Part shown: in pieces, positions 56,154-64,000 of the stretch | How the letters are laid out: each line of letters starts with the position of its first letter | Numbering within the stretch: the first letter of the stretch is position 1 | Origin: Candidatus Poribacteria bacterium | GTDB lineage: Bacteria > Poribacteria > WGA-4E > PCPOR2b | DNA length: 64,000 nucleotides | Reading direction: 5' to 3' | Assembly (NCBI GenBank): GCA_965215015.1 | Contig: OZ244042.1 | Span: 3,008,001 to 3,072,000, forward strand | Made by a program: the position numbers and the translations under genes | The notes under the pieces: model-generated | What the model was told of the DNA's origin: nothing | The model's input: the letters and a program-made list of their open reading frames with translations, nothing else | Databases searched by the model: none

Positions 56154-56969
56154 ATGAAAGCCCTGGGCTGCAGCACAATTTTATATGGAGGGTTTAATTT
56201 AGAACAGGCACTCGAAGGCATTGCGAAAGCTGGGTATAAGGCAATTGAACTCTGTGCACGTCCCGGGATGGCACCCCATCTGGAAATTCGCAAACCGGCT
56301 TCGTACTACGAGGGGATCAAATCGAAAGTCGCTTCGCACGGTTTGGCAATCGAATCAATCGCAGGGACCGGTGGAATTGGACTGGATAGCCCTGAATTTG
56401 ACGCGGTGATTGAAACCGCACAACAGGTTGGTGCACCTTCAATCGCCGAGGGTGCAGGCGGGCAGGCCAATGATGAAGAGAGTTTCAAACAGGTAGTCGA
56501 GTTGGTTAACGCGACTGCCGCCCGAACCGCGCAGGCTGGAATTAAGCTGAGTTTGAAACCGCATGTCAACAATGTGGTGTATTCAACTAAAACGGCGTTA
56601 CGTTTTATGCAGGAGGTGGATCGTGAATGGGTAGGGCTTAACTTCGATGCGAGCCACATCTGGCGGACAGCAGCCGCTGAAGATCCGGTCGAATCGCTTC
56701 GGCAACTGAAAGATTACATTGCAACGCTGCGTATCCGTGATAACCGTGAGAGCCGCGAGGTGCCGATAGGTCCTGTTGAGACGCAAATTCCCGGCAAAGG
56801 GGGTATTGACCTGCCCGCGCTTGCCGCTGTGATGAACACAATTGATTATGTGCCTTATGTAACGCTGGAGATTGTTGGCACACATGGCGGGACGAATACG
56901 CCGCTTGCTGAAGTTCAGCGGGTTGTGGAGGAGTCGATAACGTATCTGAAACCGCTGTTTGTGACGTAG
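56154..56969 (+). CDS. Sugar phosphate isomerase/epimerase (xylose-isomerase-like TIM barrel)
   Basis: GYKAIEL, GLNFDASH, PGKGGID, TLEI. Confidence 0.85.
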   Translation: MKALGCSTILYGGFNLEQALEGIAKAGYKAIELCARPGMAPHLEIRKPASYYEGIKSKVASHGLAIESIAGTGGIGLDSPEFDAVIETAQQVGAPSIAEGAGGQANDEESFKQVVELVNATAARTAQAGIKLSLKPHVNNVVYSTKTALRFMQEVDREWVGLNFDASHIWRTAAAEDPVESLRQLKDYIATLRIRDNRESREVPIGPVETQIPGKGGIDLPALAAVMNTIDYVPYVTLEIVGTHGGTNTPLAEVQRVVEESITYLKPLFVT

Positions 56970-57000
56970 AAATTTGCCGAAAAGACTCGGAGGTGGTAAA

Positions 57001-57390
57001 ATGGTTGAAGTTAAAACAGTTGTAACCTTAAAGCACATTCAGGAAATTGTCCAACAAATTGTGGCGAGCTTCCACCCGCTTTTATTTAGCTCTCACGCTT
57101 ACGGCACAGCAACGACGGATAGCGATGTAGATCTGCTGGTCATGATGGATACAGAAGAGGAAGTCTCTCCATGTTGCAGCGCGAATTGCTGCAGCTATTG
57201 ATCATCCCTTTCCTCTGGATATTATCGTATTCACACTCTCTGACTGAACTGCTTCTCTGAAACGCAAAGGAATCTTTGCCACAGAGTCCACGATGAAAGG
57301 GGCGTCCTGTATGAAGCCCGAGACGCAAAAGTGGATTGATAAAGCTGAAGCCGACAGAAAGGTTAGGACTTTTAGATATCTGAAAGTGCA
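57001..57390 (+). pseudogene. MNT nucleotidyltransferase + HEPN toxin-antitoxin relic
   Basis: 'LFSSHAYG..TDSDVDLLV' frameshifted; followed by HEPN-like start 'MKPETQKWIDKAEAD'. Confidence 0.65.
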
Positions 57391-57466
57391 TTCATTTATT
57401 ATGAATCTCTCATCAAAGGTGGTGTCAATTTAACCCACTGCAGCCAATCTTTATGGAGATATAACA

Positions 57467-58192
57467 ATGCGTTTAAGCAATAGACAAATTCATCAATACA
57501 AAGAAACAGGTTTTCTCGTGGTGCCAGGGCTTTTTGATACAACAACAGCACAGCAGATGATCCAGCACTATATGAAGCGACGTGCTGAAGGACCAAAATC
57601 AGGAGACAGCGGTGGCACAACAGACCATCCAGAAGATCCGAATCATCAGTATCCTCGAATGATTAATATGCACAACTGGGATGCGTTGACGGAGGAATGG
57701 GCAACACAGGGAACATTGTTAGAACTTGTTGAACAACTAATCGATGATAAGCCTGTACTTCGACAGACAATGCTTTACTTCAAGCCGCCGGGAGGCAGAG
57801 GCCAGGCACTCCATCAGGATGAACAGTACATCACCACTGAACCGCTGATTGGAGTGTGGATTGCGCTGGACAAATCGGATAAATCTGTTGGGCAAATGGT
57901 GGTTGTTCCCGGCTCACACAAACGTGGACTTTTGCAGGTAGAGGCTGCGGATACAGCAATTTCGTTCACAGATGTGCAGTCGGTGATGCCGGAGGGCGTT
58001 GAAAAGTTTTATGTTGATATGGAGCCGGGAGACGCACTGTTTTTCGATGGTAAAACTATCCACGGTTCTTATTTGAATGAAACATACGATCGCTGGCGGC
58101 GGAGTTTCATATGTCACTATATCGGTGAACATGCAAAAGATTTTGAGCCTCCGCAGGGCAAGCATATATCGCATTTAAGACGTGATGTGTAA
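57467..58192 (+). CDS. Phytanoyl-CoA dioxygenase (PhyH) family protein
   Basis: LHQD, WIALD, VPGSH, PGDALFF, HGS, RRS. Confidence 0.9.
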   Translation: MRLSNRQIHQYKETGFLVVPGLFDTTTAQQMIQHYMKRRAEGPKSGDSGGTTDHPEDPNHQYPRMINMHNWDALTEEWATQGTLLELVEQLIDDKPVLRQTMLYFKPPGGRGQALHQDEQYITTEPLIGVWIALDKSDKSVGQMVVVPGSHKRGLLQVEAADTAISFTDVQSVMPEGVEKFYVDMEPGDALFFDGKTIHGSYLNETYDRWRRSFICHYIGEHAKDFEPPQGKHISHLRRDV

Positions 58193-58237
58193 GAACTACG
58201 TTTTTTAATTATATAGCTATCATATCGGAGAAGATAG

Positions 58238-59410
58238 ATGAATGTACACGAATATCAAGCAAAACAAATTCTACAAGCGCACGGAGTGAACGTTCAGCGC
58301 GGCGAAGTCGCATCAACCGCCGATGAGGCTGAAGCGATTGCTCGCGAACTGGATTGCCCGCTGTATATCGTCAAAGCGCAGATCCACGCGGGTGGACGGG
58401 GCAAAGGCGGTGGCGTTAAACTAGCAAAAAGCCCCGAAGCGGTTAAGAAACATGCTGACGCAATCCTCGGTATGCAGCTGGTGACCCCTCAGACAGGCCC
58501 CGGGGGAAAACTGGTCCGCAAGGTGTTAGTTGCTGAAGCCAGCGATATTGAGAGAGAACTTTATCTCGGTATGGTGATTGATCGTACTGATTCACGGCTT
58601 GTCATAATGGGTAGTGAGGAGGGCGGCGTAGATATTGAAGAGGTTGCAGCGACCCGTCCCGGAAAGATTCTCAAGCAAACCATCGATCCAGCGATTGGTT
58701 TGCCTCCCTTTCAGGCACGAAAACTCGCCTACGCCTTGAATATCCCACGCGAATTGGTCAACAAGGCAGCAGATCTGATGATTGGTTTGTATAATGCCTT
58801 TGTTGCGTTTGACTGCTCGCTCGCTGAGATTAACCCACTTGCTATCACGAAAATTGATGATGGACAGGATATCGTCGCCCTTGATGCTAAACTCAATTTC
58901 GATGATAACGCACTTTGGCAGCACGAGGAAGTTAACGTAATGCGGGATCCAAACGAAGAAGATGCCCGTGAGCTTGAAGCGGGAAAATCGGGCTTGAGCT
59001 ATATCAGTCTTGACGGGAATATCGGGTGTATGGTCAACGGAGCGGGCCTTGCCATGGCGACGATGGATCTCATCCAACTGCACGGCGGCGAACCCGCAAA
59101 TTTCCTCGATGTTGGTGGAGGCGCGACGACGGAAACCGTCACGCACGCTTTCCGTCTCATTCTCGCAGACGAAAAGGTGAAGGCGGTCCTCGTCAACATC
59201 TTCGGCGGTATTATGCAATGCGACGTGATTGCCAACGGAATTATCGAAGCGGTCAAGCAGGTAGATCTAACAGTTCCGTTGGTTGTACGTTTAGAAGGGA
59301 CGAATGTGGAGTTAGGGAAGCAAATTCTCGCTGATTCGGGTTTGAATCTGATAGCCGCTGATGGGCTTTCAGAGGCAGCGCAGAAAGCGGTGCAAGCGGT
59401 GGCGCAATAA
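58238..59410 (+). CDS. sucC: Succinate--CoA ligase (ADP-forming) beta subunit
   Basis: [43 protein letters not shown]. Confidence 0.95.
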   Translation: MNVHEYQAKQILQAHGVNVQRGEVASTADEAEAIARELDCPLYIVKAQIHAGGRGKGGGVKLAKSPEAVKKHADAILGMQLVTPQTGPGGKLVRKVLVAEASDIERELYLGMVIDRTDSRLVIMGSEEGGVDIEEVAATRPGKILKQTIDPAIGLPPFQARKLAYALNIPRELVNKAADLMIGLYNAFVAFDCSLAEINPLAITKIDDGQDIVALDAKLNFDDNALWQHEEVNVMRDPNEEDARELEAGKSGLSYISLDGNIGCMVNGAGLAMATMDLIQLHGGEPANFLDVGGGATTETVTHAFRLILADEKVKAVLVNIFGGIMQCDVIANGIIEAVKQVDLTVPLVVRLEGTNVELGKQILADSGLNLIAADGLSEAAQKAVQAVAQ

Positions 59411-59456
59411 ACCTATCAGTTTCACTTTCATGAATCCTATTTTGATGGGAGGATAG

Positions 59457-60650
59457 ATGACAGATAAACTCGGACTACGCGATTTAGATGTTGGGGGCAA
59501 GCGAGTCCTAGTGCGCATTGATTTTAACGTGCCGATGGCTGGGAAGCAAATCGCCGATGATACACGCATCCGTGCAGCTCTGCCGACAATTTTGGAGCTG
59601 ATCCGGGGCGGCGCAAAAGTTATCTTGGTTACGCATCTTGGACGCCCCAAAGGCTTTGCGCCCGATTTTTCTACAGAACCACTTGCGGTAGCACTCAGTA
59701 AACTGCTAGGGCAACGGGTCAAGCATATAGTTGATTGCATTGGGGTAGAAATTGAAGGGATTGTCTCCGAACTCTGTTCAGGCGACGTGCTGCTGCTCGA
59801 AAATGTCCGTTTCTACGAAGAAGAGACGAAAAACGATCCAGAATTCGCAGAAAAGCTCGCATCTCTCGCTGACCTTTACATTAACGACGCTTTTGGTGCG
59901 GCACATCGTGCCCACGCTTCAACCGAAGGGGTAACGCACTATTTCGCTCAGTGTGCTGCAGGTTTGCTGATGGAAAGGGAAATTGAGTACCTCAGCAAAG
60001 TGCTTGACAATCCGGAGCGTCCCTTTGTTGCGATTCTTGGTGGTGCAAAGATTTCGGACAAAATCGGTGTGATTGAGAATCTGCTCGACAAGGTTGACCA
60101 ACTCATCATTGGTGGCGGTATGGCATATACCTTCCTCAAAGCGAGGGGATTGTCAGTTGGGAATTCCATTGTGGAGCTTGATAAACTCGATTTAGCCAAT
60201 GCGCTGCTGCACAAAGCATCAGATCGGAACCTGACTATCCACCTCCCACACGACCACATCATCGGTAGGGAGTTCGATCCGAACACCGAATTTCAAGTCG
60301 CCTCCAGCGAGGGCATCCCCGATGGTTGGATCGGCTTAGACATTGGCATCGAAACAGTTGCAAAATTTGGTGACATTGTTGATATGGCGAAAACAATCAT
60401 CTGGAATGGTCCGTTGGGTGTCTATGAGTTTGAGCGGTTTGCGAAAGGCACACTTGAGATTGCGAGGTGGGTTGCTGAATCGGAAGCGATTAGTATCATC
60501 GGCGGCGGAGACTGTGTTGCTGCGGTGCATCAGGCGGGTGTCGCGGATCGGATAACACATATTTCCACCGGCGGCGGTGCGTCGTTGGAATTTCTTGAAG
60601 GAAAACAGTTACCCGGTATTGAAACATTGACAGACAGAAATGAAAAGTGA
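59457..60650 (+). CDS. pgk: Phosphoglycerate kinase
   Basis: [35 protein letters not shown]. Confidence 0.98.
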   Translation: MTDKLGLRDLDVGGKRVLVRIDFNVPMAGKQIADDTRIRAALPTILELIRGGAKVILVTHLGRPKGFAPDFSTEPLAVALSKLLGQRVKHIVDCIGVEIEGIVSELCSGDVLLLENVRFYEEETKNDPEFAEKLASLADLYINDAFGAAHRAHASTEGVTHYFAQCAAGLLMEREIEYLSKVLDNPERPFVAILGGAKISDKIGVIENLLDKVDQLIIGGGMAYTFLKARGLSVGNSIVELDKLDLANALLHKASDRNLTIHLPHDHIIGREFDPNTEFQVASSEGIPDGWIGLDIGIETVAKFGDIVDMAKTIIWNGPLGVYEFERFAKGTLEIARWVAESEAISIIGGGDCVAAVHQAGVADRITHISTGGGASLEFLEGKQLPGIETLTDRNEK

Positions 60651-61881
60651 TATGAGCAGCTATCGAAACCACCTAATCTTTATTGGATATACATGCCTAG
60701 TTTTGCTGTGTTTATTCGGATGTTTCGACATCGATTTCACAAGGGATATCATTCGCGGTGTGTCGGATACCACCGAAGATCTGGATGTTTCAAGTGTTGC
60801 TTCCGCTAACACAAGATTTGGGTTCAAGTTGCTTCAGGATTTCCTAGAACGAGAGCCCGGAGGCAATATCCTCATCTCTCCGTTAAGTATTTCAATTGCA
60901 CTGACCATGACCTATAATGGGGCTGTTGGAGAGACAGAACGCGCCATGGCGGAAGTGCTAGAGATAGACGGATTAGACCTAGATACAATCAATGGCGCCA
61001 ACGCAGCATTACGAACGAGCCTTGAGAGTCCTGATCCCCAAGTTGAAATCTTGATTGCAAATTCGATTTGGTCCCGTCAGGGTGTTGAATTCAACCCCAA
61101 TTTTTTAGAGCGCAATCAATTGTTTTTTGGGGCGGAGATTGCCTCACTCGATTTTAGCGCACCGCAAGCGACGAAAATCATCAACGAATGGGTTGATACA
61201 AACACGAATGGTAAAATCGAGAAAATTGTTGAAAGGATTGGCCCAGAAGTTGTGCTTTTCTTGATTAACGCCATCTATTTCAAAGGAAGCTGGCAGGATG
61301 AGTTCAATAGGTCACAGACGAGACCGGGCATTTTTCATCTGCCAAATGGAAGTGAGAAGCGGGTACAGATGATGTGTCGAGAGGGGGCATATCCATACTT
61401 CCGTGGTGAGATTTTTGAAGCAACGAGCTTACCCTATGGGGATGGACGGATGGGCATGTATATTTTTTTGCCTAGCCACGACTCCAATCTCAATGAATTT
61501 TTAGGAAATCTAAACGCGGGAAATTGGGAGGATTGGATATCGCAGTTTCAGGACAGACAGCACGATATGATGTTGCCTCGCTTTCAATTGGAATATGAAA
61601 TAAACCTCAATGACACGCTCGAAGCTCTAGGGATGGGAATCGCTTTGGGTAGCGGTGCCGATTTTAGCGGCATGGCCCCAAGCCTTTTTATCAGTGAGGT
61701 GAAGCATAAAACCTTCGTGGAAGTAGACGAAGAAGGCACGGAAGCGGCGGCTGTTACTGCCGTGGTAGGTGTTAAGTCTGTGCCATCAGTATTTCGAGTA
61801 GACCGTCCTTTCTTTTTCGCCATTTATGACACTGAGACGGAGATCATACTGTTCATGGGAATCGTCACAGAGCCGATGTAG
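60640..61881 (+). CDS. Serpin (probable lipoprotein)
   Basis: [24 protein letters not shown] hinge, DRPFFF; LFGC lipobox. Confidence 0.93.
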   Translation: MKSDMSSYRNHLIFIGYTCLVLLCLFGCFDIDFTRDIIRGVSDTTEDLDVSSVASANTRFGFKLLQDFLEREPGGNILISPLSISIALTMTYNGAVGETERAMAEVLEIDGLDLDTINGANAALRTSLESPDPQVEILIANSIWSRQGVEFNPNFLERNQLFFGAEIASLDFSAPQATKIINEWVDTNTNGKIEKIVERIGPEVVLFLINAIYFKGSWQDEFNRSQTRPGIFHLPNGSEKRVQMMCREGAYPYFRGEIFEATSLPYGDGRMGMYIFLPSHDSNLNEFLGNLNAGNWEDWISQFQDRQHDMMLPRFQLEYEINLNDTLEALGMGIALGSGADFSGMAPSLFISEVKHKTFVEVDEEGTEAAAVTAVVGVKSVPSVFRVDRPFFFAIYDTETEIILFMGIVTEPM

Positions 61882-61914
61882 CTGCAGGCTATTTAATCCT
61901 ACACCGACAGAAAA

Positions 61915-62142
61915 ATGATGGCTACTGAACCTTTGCCGAGACTAGATTCCGATACTTCGATTCGGAAGAAGCTATTAACCTATTGCAGGCTCAAGCCCGG
62001 GGACATTTGGGAAGATCCCGTGCGAGGGCATAGGGTCGGAGTGTTAGATGCAACCTGTCCCGATTCAATAGCGGAAATCATGGAACACAAAAAGGCAAAG
62101 GTAGCTGTGAACAACCCACCTTACAATGTAGGAAAGGGATAA
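61915..62142 (+). pseudogene. Truncated DNA-modification methyltransferase N-terminus
   Basis: 'KPGDIW..GHRV..DAT..NNPPYNV' followed by a stop. Confidence 0.55.
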
Positions 62143-62371
62143 CACGACGATATTGACAATTTTGAAAAATAAAGGGAATAAGTAGTTACTGGCTTTTAAT
62201 AAAACGCAAAGACGCAAAAAAAAGGAAACGAGAAAGCGACAGAACCGGCCTCCCGTTTTTCTCTTTGTCAGGGAAGGCTCCGGTTTCGTTTCTGCGTTCC
62301 AATCCCGATGAAATCGTGAATCCACGATGCGGGAAGCATCTCCTTTGGAGGGCAACCGAATTGGGACTTAC

Positions 62372-62455
62372 GTCCCCCGCTTGCGGGGCGGGAGGGATGA
62401 CAACGTGATTCCTAAGACTTAAGACTCGCGCCTCCCCCTGCTTGCGGGGGGACTG
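62372..62455. repeat. Two REP-like palindromes (CCCCCGCTTGCGGGG type)
   Basis: TCCCCCGCTTGCGGGG at ~62373 and TCCCCCTGCTTGCGGGGGGA at ~62433. Confidence 0.55.
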
Positions 62456-62593
62456 AGGAGGGTAAGGAGGTGCCACTTTGCGTTAAATTCAGAGAAAAGC
62501 CCCTATTTACTCATTGCGAAAACAAATTGGCGATGATAAAAGAGATACCTCTAGTAGTCTGTGTCAAATAAGGAATAATATTCTACCAATTGA

Positions 62594-64000
<1,407 letters not shown>

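Overview
Bacterial chromosomal window, about 50% GC. It is probably from a Candidatus Poribacteria / PVC-like organism. This is inferred from the 'NYPNPFNPETWIPY' C-terminal domain, the DUF1549/1553/1501 and DUF4058 genes, and the Gfo/Idh/MocA and PhyH expansions. Most genes are metabolic or housekeeping (thiC, ggt, acs, sucC, pgk, proS, sbcCD, dehydrogenases), mixed with many decayed genes, one IS4-like element and one MITE. The most unusual feature is an ~8.8-kb island (13128-21973) bounded by perfect 99-bp direct repeats of the thiC TPP-riboswitch aptamer, with a third copy inside. It carries seven mosaic, rearranged copies of a membrane-anchored TPR-protein family plus the C-terminal part of an HExxH metallopeptidase; a second relic of that peptidase lies at ~33.2 kb. 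The second highlight is a GlmU-like nucleotidyltransferase/beta-helix protein fused to a DUF89 (ARMT1-like) phosphatase. All calls come from reading motifs by eye with no database searches, and assembly artefacts cannot be excluded without reads.
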